A DNA stretch of 64,000 bases, from assembly GCA_963769085.1 (NCBI GenBank), contig CAVYKM010000036.1, positions 1,780 through 65,779 of the forward strand. The letters run 5' to 3'. Source of the stretch: an uncultured Actinomycetota bacterium (GTDB lineage Bacteria > Actinomycetota > Actinomycetes > Actinomycetales > Dermatophilaceae). Position 1 is the stretch's first letter, and each line of letters opens with the position of its first letter. Below, in pieces: positions 19,592 to 28,775 of this stretch. Made by a program: the position numbers and the translations under genes. Under the pieces are notes generated by a model. That model was not told where the DNA came from. It saw nothing but the letters and a program-made list of their open reading frames with translations, and ran no database searches.

Positions 19592-20447
19592 CGCAGGTTC
19601 GGGACGCGCACGACCAGGGTGTCGGCGACCTTGTCGTGAAGCGCCTGACGGCGTGGGTCCCATAGCAGCCACAGCACGTCCAGCGGCTGCAGGACGAAGG
19701 CGATCAGGCTGGCGATGGGTATCGAGGCTGAGCAGGTTGCAGCCCTGCTGGATCGACTGGCGTTTGAGCGCCTCGACCACGGTGAGCGGGCCGGGCCGGT
19801 TGACCCGCCGGACCGTGATGCCGAGCACCTTCTTACCGGGCGTGGCTCCCGAGCGCACCAGGAAGAACGTCTCGTAGGCGACCCCGACCGCCACCATGAG
19901 CAGGGTCAGCGGAACCGCGTCGCGCATGAGCTGGTCCTGGAACGCCGACTGGTCGATCTGGGTCGACAGGCCCGCCCCGGCGTCGCGGATCACCTGCGCC
20001 GGTGAGGTCGGTCATCGTGGTCACGATGCCCCTGACCCACGGAAACCCGAGCATCGCGACGAGTACCCCGGTGATCAACCCGTCGATGATGCGCGCCAAT
20101 AGCCGCTGCCACCAGTCAGCCAGCGGCACGCCGTCGGGGGCAGTGCGCCCGCCGCTGTGCCAGGCGGTCTGGGGAGCGGCCCCATAGCCGAACCCGTCCG
20201 GCGGCCGGTCGAAGCCCGGCTGCGTTGTCGAGTAACCCGGGACCTGACCCGGGTGAGCGCCCCAAGAGGACTGCTCGGGCGAGGGCGCGTCGTATGCCGG
20301 GCTGTCGCCTGCCATCCACGGCGCGGACTCCGCAGCGGCCGGAGACGACCGCTTGGGCGTCGTGTGCTCGGTCCACAGCACACCGTCCCAGTACCGCAGC
20401 TGGTCCGGGGTGCGGGGGTCGTCATACCACCCCGATGGCTGGCTCAT
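19588..20447 (-). pseudogene. DUF2510 + RDD-domain membrane protein; two frame breaks (~19990 and ~19730)
   Basis: GWYDDPRTPDQLRYWDGVLWTEHT (DUF2510), then WWQRLLARIIDGLI...ETFFLVRSGATPGKKVLGITV...LWDPRRQALHDKVADTLVV (RDD), spread over three frames. The stop overlaps the IclR GTG. Confidence 0.7.
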
Positions 20448-20547
20448 GACTCAACCATGCCACGCCAGGCTCGCCCCGCCGTTCGCAGCGTGGCGTAACC
20501 CGCGACGCTCCTGGACGAGGGTTCGCCGGATCACCCATGATCGTGCG

Positions 20548-21177
20548 GTGAGTGTGCCGGCTGATGACGCAGCCCAGCCGGCGCTCGACTGGCGTCCTCT
20601 CGCGGCCGATGACCTGCCGATGCTTGCGGGGTGGCTGGCCGAGCCGCAGGTGCGGCGGTGGTGGAACCACGAAACGGACACGGCCGCCGTCGAACGGGAC
20701 TTCGGGCCCAGCGTGCGCGGGGAGGAGCCGGGCGAGGACCTCGTGGTCCTCCTCGGCGGTCTCCCGGTGGGTCTGCTGCAGCGGGCTCGCATCCGTGACT
20801 ACGTCCAGGACCTGGACGAGCTCGCAGCGCTGGCCGACGTTCCGCCGGGCGCCGTCATGGTCGACTACCTCATCGCCGACCCCGCCCTGCGCGGTCGGGG
20901 TCTGGGTGCCCGCTTGATCGCCTTCGCGCTCGAGCGGACCTGGGCCGACTACCCCGACGCGAGCGCCGTCATTGTTCCTGTCGTCGCGGGAAATGTCGCG
21001 TCCTGGCGCGCACTTGAGAAGGCCGGGCTGACTCGGATGGCCGAAGGCCCGATGGCGCCGGACAACCCCGTGGACGACCCGCTCCACTACGTCTACCGCA
21101 TCGACCGGCCCGGACGGCCACACGCAGACGGCACTGACGAACTTCGCGGACTCCGTGACCGTGTGGAACCAGAGTGA
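20548..21177 (+). CDS. GNAT-family N-acetyltransferase (Acetyltransf_8-like)
   Basis: LAGWLAEPQVRRWWNHE...DYLIADPALRGRGLGARLI...GNVASWRALEKAGL. Start uncertain; GTG 20548 chosen. Confidence 0.65.
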   Translation: MSVPADDAAQPALDWRPLAADDLPMLAGWLAEPQVRRWWNHETDTAAVERDFGPSVRGEEPGEDLVVLLGGLPVGLLQRARIRDYVQDLDELAALADVPPGAVMVDYLIADPALRGRGLGARLIAFALERTWADYPDASAVIVPVVAGNVASWRALEKAGLTRMAEGPMAPDNPVDDPLHYVYRIDRPGRPHADGTDELRGLRDRVEPE

Positions 21178-21380
21178 ATGACGTGACTTCTGGGTCTCGC
21201 TCATAGGGACACTCGCTCACTCTTACCCCCACCATGGTGCTCTTGGCCTCAGATATGCGGCCAAGAGCGCCGATTCCGGCCAAGAGCCCGATGTCCAGCC
21301 ACGGTCTGGCCGAACGGCGCCGGCCGTCACCGCCGGCTGGCCGTCCCGCGCGCGCTCGCCGAACGGCATACTGTGCCGCC

Positions 21381-22764
21381 ATGAGCGAGGAGCCGTTCCG
21401 GACCGTCATCGAACCGTTCCGCATCCACTCGGTGGAGCCGCTGCGCATGACCACCGAGGAGTACCGGCGAGGAACGGTGCGCGACGCGGCATACAACCTG
21501 TTCCAGCTGCACGCCGACGACGTACTCATCGACCTGCTCACCGACTCCGGCACCGGGGCGATGAGCCGTGACCAGTGGGCGGCCATCCAGCACGGCGACG
21601 AGTCGTATGCCGGCTCGCCCTCGTTCTTCATCTTCCGCGACGCGGTCCGCGAGCTGTTCCCGTTCGAGCACGTCATCCCCACCCACCAGGGGCGGGCGGC
21701 CGAGCGCATCCTGTTCCAGGCCATCGGCGGCAAGGGCAAGGTGGTCCCGAGCAACACCCACTTCGACACGACCCGGGCCAACATCGAGTTCACCGGGGCC
21801 GACGCGGTCGACCTGGTCATCGCCGAGGGCCGTGACCCATCGGCATACCACCCGTTCAAGGGCAACATGGACGTCGAGCTCCTGGAGGCCCTGCTGCGCC
21901 AGCGGGCCCACGACGTCCCCTGCGTGATGATGACGGTGACGAACAACTCCGGCGGCGGCCAGCCGGTCTCCCTCGAGAACCTGCGTGGCGGTCAGCGCGG
22001 TGGCCCACCGCTACGGCAAGCCGCTCTTCCTCGACGCCTGCCGGTTCGCCGAGAACGCCTGGTTCATCCGCGAACGCGAGGCGGGCCAGGCCGACCGCGA
22101 CGTGCCCGACATCGTCCGGGACATGGCCGCGCTCGCCGACGGGATGACGATGTCGGCCAAGAAGGACCCGCTGGGCAACATCGGCGGCTGGCTGGCTCTC
22201 AACGACGATGGCCTGGCGCAGCAGTGCCGCACGCTGCTCATCCTCACCGAAGGCTTCCCCACCTACGGCGGGCTCGCCGGGCGCGACCTCGAGGCCCTCG
22301 CCCAGGGCCTGCGCGAGGTGGTATCGCACGACTTCCTGCACTACCGGATCACCTCGACGGCCTACGTCGCCCGCGGCCTGGAGTCGGTCGGTATGCCGTG
22401 CCTCAAGCCCGCAGGGGGGCATGCGGTATACATCGACGCTCGCGCCCTGCTGGCGCACATCCCGCCGCTGCGCTACCCCGGACAGGCCCTGGCCGTGGCG
22501 TTGTACGAGGTGGGCGGGATCCGCTCGTGCGAGATCGGCACCGTGATGTTCGGCCGTCACCCCGACGGCTCGGAGCACCCCGCCGCCATGGAGCTCGTGC
22601 GCCTGGCCATTCCCCGGCGCACCTATACGCAGAGCCACATGGACTACGTCATCGAGGTCGCCGAGCGGGTCGTGCGGCTGGCGCCCGACCTGCCCGGGTA
22701 CCGCATCGTGGACGAACCCCCGGTGCTGCGCCACTTCACCGCGACGTTCGAGCCGGTCGGCTGA
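21381..22764 (+). pseudogene. tryptophanase / tyrosine phenol-lyase family beta-eliminating lyase; one frame break near ~21986
   Basis: FRTVIEPFRIHSVEPL...LTDSGTGAMS...VPSNTHFDTTRAN, then in another frame VSAVAHRYGKPLFLDACRFAENAWFI...MSAKKDPLGNIGG. An extra G in a GG run explains the shift. Confidence 0.85.
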
Positions 22765-22927
22765 GCGGGCTCGCCAACTTCCCCCAACTCACGCCAGTGA
22801 CAACTGGTTTCACGAGGGTCACCGAATTCCGAGAAGGTCACCGGATCCGATGCGCTTCTTGGAATATCGTGCCGGCTCATCGCCCGTGTGACTGCTGGGG
22901 CTGATGTGGCGGCGATCCTTGGACGGC

Positions 22928-23305
22928 TCAGGCGTACTGGGCTTCGCCGTTGCCGAACGACCAGTTCTCCTTGGCGACCTCGGTCAGGCTGATGAAGACG
23001 TCCTGGGGGCGGACCCCGAGGCGCTCATGCAGCCGCTGCGCGACCGTGGCGTAGAAGGCCTGCTTCAGCTCGGTGGTCCGGCCCTGGTTGAGGGTCACCT
23101 CGATGACGACGATCCCATCGCTGCGCTCGATCCCAAGGTATGCCGGGTCGTAGACCAGGTCGCCCGGCTCATGCTCGGTCACGATGTGGAAGTTGTCCTG
23201 CTCGGGCACGTTGATCGTGTCGACCATGGCCCGGTAGACGATGTCACCGACCTTGCGACCGTCGGGACCCGCGCCCTTGATCGTCGAGATGCGCACCAAC
23301 GGCAT
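22928..23305 (-). CDS. tautomerase-family protein
   Basis: MPLVRISTIKG (N-terminal Pro1 after Met). 125 aa. Confidence 0.7.
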   Translation of the reverse strand: MPLVRISTIKGAGPDGRKVGDIVYRAMVDTINVPEQDNFHIVTEHEPGDLVYDPAYLGIERSDGIVVIEVTLNQGRTTELKQAFYATVAQRLHERLGVRPQDVFISLTEVAKENWSFGNGEAQYA

Positions 23306-23499
23306 ACGTTCGCCTTCCTGATCTGGTTGCCTGCATCGAGAGGTCGGTCGTTGCTGTTAAGCGGCCCGGATAACAGCAACAACTGACCTTTCGACGGGAT
23401 GGTGGGCGTGGGCGCGGGATGGTGGGCTCGGCGCGGGCTCGGCGTGGGCGTGGGCGCGATAGTGGGCAGGGGTCGGGTGCGCTCGTGACTCGCCGCGCG

Positions 23500-23790
23500 C
23501 TACTGGCCCTCGTCGCCCTCGCCACCGCCCTTGAGGCCGTCGTAGATCTCCTTGCACATAGGGCAGACCGGGAACTTCTGCGGGTCTCGCCCGGGCACCC
23601 ACACCTTGCCGCACAACGCCACGACCGGGGTGCCGGACACCGCGCTCTCGAGGATCTTCTCCTTGCGCACGTAGTGGCTGAACCGCTCGTGGTCGCCCGG
23701 CTCCTGGACCTCGGGCAGGACCTCCTCGCGTTCGAGGACGCTGGTCCGCGTGCGGGGCTCGGTGGGCTGGGGCAGCGGGTCCGTCGACGC
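23500..23790 (-). CDS. DUF3039-family protein
   Basis: HERFSHYVRKEKILESAVSGTPVVALCGKVWVPGRDPQKFPVCPMCKEIY. Confidence 0.7.
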   Translation of the reverse strand, partial: ASTDPLPQPTEPRTRTSVLEREEVLPEVQEPGDHERFSHYVRKEKILESAVSGTPVVALCGKVWVPGRDPQKFPVCPMCKEIYDGLKGGGEGDEGQ

Positions 23791-23801
23791 CATGCTCCAA
23801 C

Positions 23802-24149
23802 CTAACCCACGCAGAACTCGTTGCCCTCGATGTCCTGCATGACCGTCCACCGATGGCCGTACTCGTCTTTGTCCGCAACCCGGGTGGCGCCCAACCCGAC
23901 CAGCCGCCCGACCTCGGCCTCGCGGTCCTCGGTGGACAGGTCGAGGTGCACCCGGTTCTTCGCCGTCTTGCCCTCGGGCACCTTCGCGAAGAAGTACGAC
24001 GGCGTGCCCGGGTGGTTGACCGTGCAGAAGTACGGGCTGCCGCCTGGGTCGACGTCCTTACCCAGCAGGGCCGCCCAGAACGCCGACACCGCTTGGGGGT
24101 CATGGCAGTCGAAGGTGATGTTGCTCAGGCTGGCAACCACGTGGATCAC
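23802..24149 (-). CDS. VOC (glyoxalase/bleomycin-resistance) family protein
   Basis: ITFDCHDPQAVSAFWAALLG...RVHLDL...WTVMQDIEGNEFCV. Confidence 0.7.
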   Translation of the reverse strand: MIHVVASLSNITFDCHDPQAVSAFWAALLGKDVDPGGSPYFCTVNHPGTPSYFFAKVPEGKTAKNRVHLDLSTEDREAEVGRLVGLGATRVADKDEYGHRWTVMQDIEGNEFCVG

Positions 24150-24191
24150 TCCTTCTCGCGAGGCCCGACGGCATACCAGCGCTAGCCAGAC

Positions 24192-25409
24192 CTAGCCCAA
24201 CGCGCTGGCGAGGTCCTCGATGAGGTCGCCAGGGTCCTCCAGCCCGACCGACAGCCGGATCGTCCCGTCGGTGATCCCCACGGCGGCGCGCGCCTCGGGG
24301 GTGAGCCGCCGGTGCGTCGTCGTCGCGGGGTGGGTGATGAGCGACTTGGCGTCGCCCAGGTTGTTGGAGATGTCGACGATCTGCAGCGCGTTCATGACGG
24401 CGAACGCCTCTGCCTTTCCGCCGTCGATGCCGAACGTGAGAACCGTGCCACCTCCGAGCATCTGGCGCCGAGCCAGGTCGTGCTGCGGGTGGGTGGGCAG
24501 CCACGGGTGCAGGACGCGAGCCACCCGAGGGTGAGATGCGAGGTATGCCGCGACGGTCAGGGCGTTCTGGTGCTGGCGCTCGACGCGCATCGACAGCGTC
24601 TCCAGCCCCTTGAGCATGACCCAGGCGTTGAACGGCGACATCGACGGCCCGGTGTGGCGCATGAGGTTCTTGACCGGTCCGTCGATGTAGTCGGCCGGGC
24701 CGAGGATGGCCCCGCCGAGGGCTCGGCCCTGCCCGTCGATGTGCTTGGTCGCCGAGTAGACGACGATGTCCGCTCCGTGCTCGAGCGGCCGCGAGAACAC
24801 CGGCGTGCCGAACACGTTGTCGACGACGACCTGGGCGCCCGCCGCGTGGGCCAGGTCGCACACGGCACGGATGTCGACCAGCTCCTGCATCGGGTTGCTC
24901 GGCGTCTCGAAGAAGACCGCGGTCGTCGGCTCGGCGAGAGCCGCCTGCCACTGCTGCAGGTCGGGCCCGTCGACGAACACCGCCTCGACCCCCCAGCGCG
25001 GCAGGATCTCGTCGATGATGACAAAGCACGAGCCGAACAGGGCCCGGGACGACACGATCCGGTCGCCCTGCGCGCACAGCGCCGCGAGCGAGGTGAAGAC
25101 CGCCGCCATGCCCGAGGCGGTGGCGAAGCACGCCTCGGCGCCTTCGAGCAGGCGCAGACGCTCCTCGAACATGGCGACGGTGGGGTTGCCGTACCTGGAG
25201 TAGATGAACTTGTCGATCTCGTCCTTGAACGCCGCCTCGGCCTGCTCGGCACTGTCATAGACGAAGCCCGACGTCAGGTAGAGCGCCTCGGCCGTCTCGT
25301 CGAACTCGCTGCGCGCCAGCCCTCCTCGCACGGCGAGCGTGTCGGGCCGGCGGAGGCGAGCGGACGGCTCGCCGCCTGTTGTCACTGGTGGCTCGCCGCC
25401 TGTTGTCAC
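24192..25409 (-). CDS. metZ: O-succinylhomoserine sulfhydrylase (Cys/Met-metabolism PLP enzyme)
   Basis: YSRYGNPTV...VVYSATKHIDGQGRALGG...THPATTTH. The first GTG (25409) overlaps the rhodanese stop; a second GTG lies at 25385 within a 24-bp tandem duplication. Confidence 0.85.
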   Translation of the reverse strand: MTTGGEPPVTTGGEPSARLRRPDTLAVRGGLARSEFDETAEALYLTSGFVYDSAEQAEAAFKDEIDKFIYSRYGNPTVAMFEERLRLLEGAEACFATASGMAAVFTSLAALCAQGDRIVSSRALFGSCFVIIDEILPRWGVEAVFVDGPDLQQWQAALAEPTTAVFFETPSNPMQELVDIRAVCDLAHAAGAQVVVDNVFGTPVFSRPLEHGADIVVYSATKHIDGQGRALGGAILGPADYIDGPVKNLMRHTGPSMSPFNAWVMLKGLETLSMRVERQHQNALTVAAYLASHPRVARVLHPWLPTHPQHDLARRQMLGGGTVLTFGIDGGKAEAFAVMNALQIVDISNNLGDAKSLITHPATTTHRRLTPEARAAVGITDGTIRLSVGLEDPGDLIEDLASALG

Positions 25410-25413
25410 TGGG
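25366..25413. repeat. 24-bp tandem duplication (x2) spanning the rhodanese stop / metZ start
   Basis: GGCTCGCCGCCTGTTGTCACTGGT followed by GGCTCGCCGCCTGTTGTCACTGGG. Encodes VTTGGEPP-VTTGGEPS. Confidence 0.85.
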
Positions 25414-25813
25414 TCCACGGCAGCCCGGCGGCCTTCCACCCTCCGACCCCGCGGTGCCCGTCGGCGTCCAGCTGGCCCTCGAAGCCGTCGATGACGTTGT
25501 ATGCCGGGCCGAGACCAGCGGCCGTCGCCGCCTCGGCGGCATGGCGGGAGCGCACCCCGGAGCGGCAGATGAAGTAGAGCGGGCGGCTGTCGACTCCGGC
25601 CGCCCGCAGCTCGTCGACGAACCCAGCGTTCCGGGTGCCGTCGGCGTAACGCTGCCATTCGACGAGCACCGTCTTCTTGCCCAGCTCCGATACATCGGGC
25701 GTGCCCACGTAGGCCCACTCGGCCTCGGTGCGCACGTCGACGAGGACGGCGCGCTCGTCGGCCTGCAGCGCGGCATACGTGTCGGTCGGTGTGACGTCCC
25801 CGGCGTAGCTCAT
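25406..25813 (-). CDS. rhodanese-domain sulfurtransferase
   Basis: VLVDVRTEAEW...LYFICRSGVRS active-site loop. Start at ATG 25813. Confidence 0.8.
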   Translation of the reverse strand: MSYAGDVTPTDTYAALQADERAVLVDVRTEAEWAYVGTPDVSELGKKTVLVEWQRYADGTRNAGFVDELRAAGVDSRPLYFICRSGVRSRHAAEAATAAGLGPAYNVIDGFEGQLDADGHRGVGGWKAAGLPWTQ

Positions 25814-25880
25814 GCCGGCTAGCGTAACGACCCGCGATCCGGTGTTGTCCCGCGCCAGCCGCCGGTCCCCAGTCCACGCT

Positions 25881-25926
25881 TCGGTCATGCCAAACGCGCG
25901 GAATACCACGCGTTTGGCATGACCGA
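25881..25926. repeat. perfect 18-bp-stem hairpin/palindrome (TCGGTCATGCCAAACGCG - 10 nt - CGCGTTTGGCATGACCGA)
   Basis: Lies in the divergent region between rhodanese-metZ and corA. Confidence 0.7.
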
Positions 25927-25976
25927 GCAAGCCCTTACTGCCGGAGCCCGAGTATCCCGGCGCTGCCGCACGCGGT

Positions 25977-27020
25977 GTGACACGGGGCGTCCTTCGGCCT
26001 CAGGATGTCAATGTGGACCGCGACGTGACAACCCGGCTGTGGCGTGACGGCGTGCGGCAGGTGGAGGACTTCCCCCTCGATCAGGTCTCCGAGCACCTGG
26101 CCGAGGACGGCGCCCTGGTATGGCTCGACTTGTGCGGCCCCGATCACGAGCAGCTGCAGCAGCTGGCCGATGAGCTGGGCCTGGACGGGCATGCCGTGGA
26201 AGACGCGGTGTCCTTCGGCGAGCGGCCCAAGGCGACCCGGCATACCAACCACACCTTCGTCATGACCTACGCGACTCGGCTGGAGCAGGCGCCGGAGAGC
26301 ACCGAGCTGTTCCAGTCCCGGCTGCACCTCACGCGGATTTCGGCCTTCGTCCTACCCAGGGGTCTGGTGACGGTGCGCTCCGACGACGGGTTCGACATGG
26401 CCGCCGTCGTCGAACGATGGGACGAGAACTCCGACCTGCTGAAGCTGGGGCCAGGGGCGTTGCTGCACGGGCTGCTCGACGTCGTGGTCGACGGGCACTT
26501 CGACGCCGTCCAACAGCTCGACGACGCGATCGAGGACCTGGAGGGCGCCCTCTTCGACGGTGACGTGCTCACCCGCGAGACCCAGCAGCTGACCTTTCGC
26601 ATGCGCAAGGAGCTGGTCGAGCTGCGGCGGGTCGTGCTGCCGATGCGCGAGGTGATCAACACGATCCTGCGGCACCGCTCCGAGCTGGGTCACGAGGGCA
26701 ACGCCATGGACGGGTGGTTCGCCGACCTCTACGACCACGTGCTGCGAGCCGCCGAGTGGACCGAGTCGCTGCGCGACATGGTGACGACGATCTTCGAGAC
26801 GACGCTGTCCCTGCAGGACGCGCGCCTCAACACGATCATGAAGAAGCTCACCGCCTGGGCGGCCATCATCGCCGTGCCGACGGCGGTCACCGGCTGGTTC
26901 GGCCAGAACGTGCCCTACCCGGGATTCGCCCAACCTCTCGGGCTCTGGCTGGCAACCGGAACCATCTCCGTCCTAGCCGTCGGCCTCTACCTGCTGTTCC
27001 GCAGGCAGGACTGGCTCTGA
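25977..27020 (+). CDS. corA: CorA-family Mg/Co transporter
   Basis: C-terminal GWFGQNVPYPG motif followed by a TM helix; N-terminal cytoplasmic domain. Exact start uncertain. Confidence 0.85.
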   Translation: MTRGVLRPQDVNVDRDVTTRLWRDGVRQVEDFPLDQVSEHLAEDGALVWLDLCGPDHEQLQQLADELGLDGHAVEDAVSFGERPKATRHTNHTFVMTYATRLEQAPESTELFQSRLHLTRISAFVLPRGLVTVRSDDGFDMAAVVERWDENSDLLKLGPGALLHGLLDVVVDGHFDAVQQLDDAIEDLEGALFDGDVLTRETQQLTFRMRKELVELRRVVLPMREVINTILRHRSELGHEGNAMDGWFADLYDHVLRAAEWTESLRDMVTTIFETTLSLQDARLNTIMKKLTAWAAIIAVPTAVTGWFGQNVPYPGFAQPLGLWLATGTISVLAVGLYLLFRRQDWL

Positions 27021-27323
27021 GGTGGACAGGACGCCTCCGACTCCGTGCACCAGCAGCACGACGCTGACTGAGCCGGCCTTGCGGTCAACCGAAATCCGCT
27101 CGTACTCGGGCGACTGCGCGAACCTGGTGAACGCCGCTGCGTCGGCGAACCCCAGCACGACGACCTTCCGGTAGCTCCATTCGCCTTCGACGACAACCGG
27201 CGAATCGTCGGAGACCAGCAGCCGACCGTGGTACTGGCGCAGCACGTCCATGAACTGGGCCTGGTAGCGGCCGTACGCGGCACGGTCTGTGATGCGCAGC
27301 TGGGCTATCGCGTAGACGGTCAC
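26973..27323 (-). CDS. DUF1330-family protein
   Basis: MTVYAIAQLRITDRAAYGRYQAQF...VVLGFADAAAFTRFAQSPEY. The 3' tail overlaps the corA end and may be shorter. Confidence 0.6.
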   Translation of the reverse strand: MTVYAIAQLRITDRAAYGRYQAQFMDVLRQYHGRLLVSDDSPVVVEGEWSYRKVVVLGFADAAAFTRFAQSPEYERISVDRKAGSVSVVLLVHGVGGVLSTSEPVLPAEQQVEADG

Positions 27324-27359
27324 ATCGGCTCCGAATGCGGTGGTGAGGTGTGCAGGATG

Positions 27360-27755
27360 TCAGGCGGTATGCCGTGTGGCCCGCCAGGCCGCCACCATCG
27401 CCTCCACGTCGACGGTCTTGGCGAGCAAGGGTGGCAGGCTGCCCACGGCCGGGCGGAGGCGATCGGCCTTGACTCGGCGGTTGTAGTCCGCCAGGACCTC
27501 CCGCACGGCGCCCTCTGACGCGATCCCGGACAGCGACTCGGGGAACCCGGCCGCCTCCTTGCGAAGGAGCAGGGCTGGCGGCAGCACGGCGGAGCCGTCG
27601 AGGTTCTCTCGGCGCAGCACCGACTTCAGCCACCAGTCCTCGTCGTACGGGTCACCGAGGTCGAGCGGCTTGCCCGCGCCTGGCAGGTTGTCGAACTCGC
27701 CGCGCTCCTGCGCCTCGCGGATGCGCCGCTCGGCGAGCGACTCGTACCAGTCCAT
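27360..27755 (-). CDS. DUF1992 (DnaJ-C28-like) domain protein
   Basis: ESLAERRIREAQERGEFDNLPGAGKPLDL. Confidence 0.7.
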   Translation of the reverse strand: MDWYESLAERRIREAQERGEFDNLPGAGKPLDLGDPYDEDWWLKSVLRRENLDGSAVLPPALLLRKEAAGFPESLSGIASEGAVREVLADYNRRVKADRLRPAVGSLPPLLAKTVDVEAMVAAWRATRHTA

Positions 27756-27771
27756 CTGCCAGCGAACCCCG

Positions 27772-28332
27772 TCAGTTCAGGTCCGGCTCATCGGGGAACA
27801 AGGCCACGAACGCGAGGTTGTCGCGCTGGCGGCGCAGCACGTCGCTCCACAGCCGGGCCGGGTACTCGGTGAACGGGTCACGGGCCTCGGCCTCGACGAC
27901 GTACCAGTCCCCGCGCCGGATCTCGTTCTCCAGCTGGCCATCCGACCACCCGGCATACCCGGCGAAGATCCGCAACCCGGCGACCTCAGCCGCGACAAGG
28001 GGCGGCGGGGCGTCGAGGTCGACGACGCCGATCCCCCCGAAGAGCTTGCGCACGCCCATGGGGTCGGCGTGGTCGCCGGGAACCGTGACGATGCCGATCG
28101 CCGAGTCCGTGCTCACCGGGCCGCCTTGAAAAAGGGTCTGGGGCACCGTGGTAACGGCCTGCCAGCCGGGTAGGACCGCGTCGACCGACGCCTCCAGGGG
28201 CCGGTTGAGGACGACGCCCTGGGCTCCGTCGTCGTCGTGGTGCAGCAGCAGGATCACCGAGCGGCGAAAGATCGCGCCCTCCACCTGGGGCGTCGCAACA
28301 AGCAGCCTGCCCGTGAGGTACGCGGTGCTCAC
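27772..28332 (-). CDS. YqgE/AlgH-family (UPF0301) protein
   Basis: GRLLVATPQVEGAIFRRSVILLLHHDDDGAQGVVLNRP...GYAGWSDGQLENEI. GTG start. Confidence 0.8.
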   Translation of the reverse strand: MSTAYLTGRLLVATPQVEGAIFRRSVILLLHHDDDGAQGVVLNRPLEASVDAVLPGWQAVTTVPQTLFQGGPVSTDSAIGIVTVPGDHADPMGVRKLFGGIGVVDLDAPPPLVAAEVAGLRIFAGYAGWSDGQLENEIRRGDWYVVEAEARDPFTEYPARLWSDVLRRQRDNLAFVALFPDEPDLN

Positions 28333-28342
28333 CCGACGATTG

Positions 28343-28768
28343 TCACACCTCGGGGCCTGGCACGCGCCTGCTCGCCGCTCTTCGGTGCGCCGCTGGCAGC
28401 CGAAGCGCTGGGCCGCCCCCATCAGCCGACCTGGCCCACCGTCGCAGGACGACCGCGGCGAACACCGACCCGAGCGCCACGCCCACCAGGTCGGCGACCG
28501 CATCCGCGACCGAGCCCGAGCGGCCCGGTAGCCAGCCAGCCTGAATGCTCTCGCTCAGCGGCGCGTGCACCACAAGCAGTACCGCCGGCCACCACCGGCG
28601 CACGGCGAGCACACCCACGAACACGGGCACGCCGAACAGCAGCACGTGAGCGAGCTTGTCGCTGTCCTGGGGAGCCCCCGAAAGGTCGACTCGCGGCCAG
28701 TACAACGCGGCCAGGTGCACCATCAGCACGACGGCGAACGCGACGCGCCAGCCGGTCGCGGACCTCAC
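28343..28768 (-). CDS. VanZ-like membrane protein
   Basis: DKLAHVLLFGVPVFV...SGSVADAVADLVGVALG. Confidence 0.55.
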   Translation of the reverse strand: MRSATGWRVAFAVVLMVHLAALYWPRVDLSGAPQDSDKLAHVLLFGVPVFVGVLAVRRWWPAVLLVVHAPLSESIQAGWLPGRSGSVADAVADLVGVALGSVFAAVVLRRWARSADGGGPALRLPAAHRRAASRRVPGPEV

Positions 28769-28775
28769 GTGCGGC

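Noticed and set aside
25814-25976. SAM (for example SAM-IV) riboswitch upstream of rhodanese-metZ.
   Set aside because: The GGTCATG...CATGACC resemblance comes from one simple perfect hairpin. There is no multi-helix junction and none of the conserved SAM-IV internal blocks.
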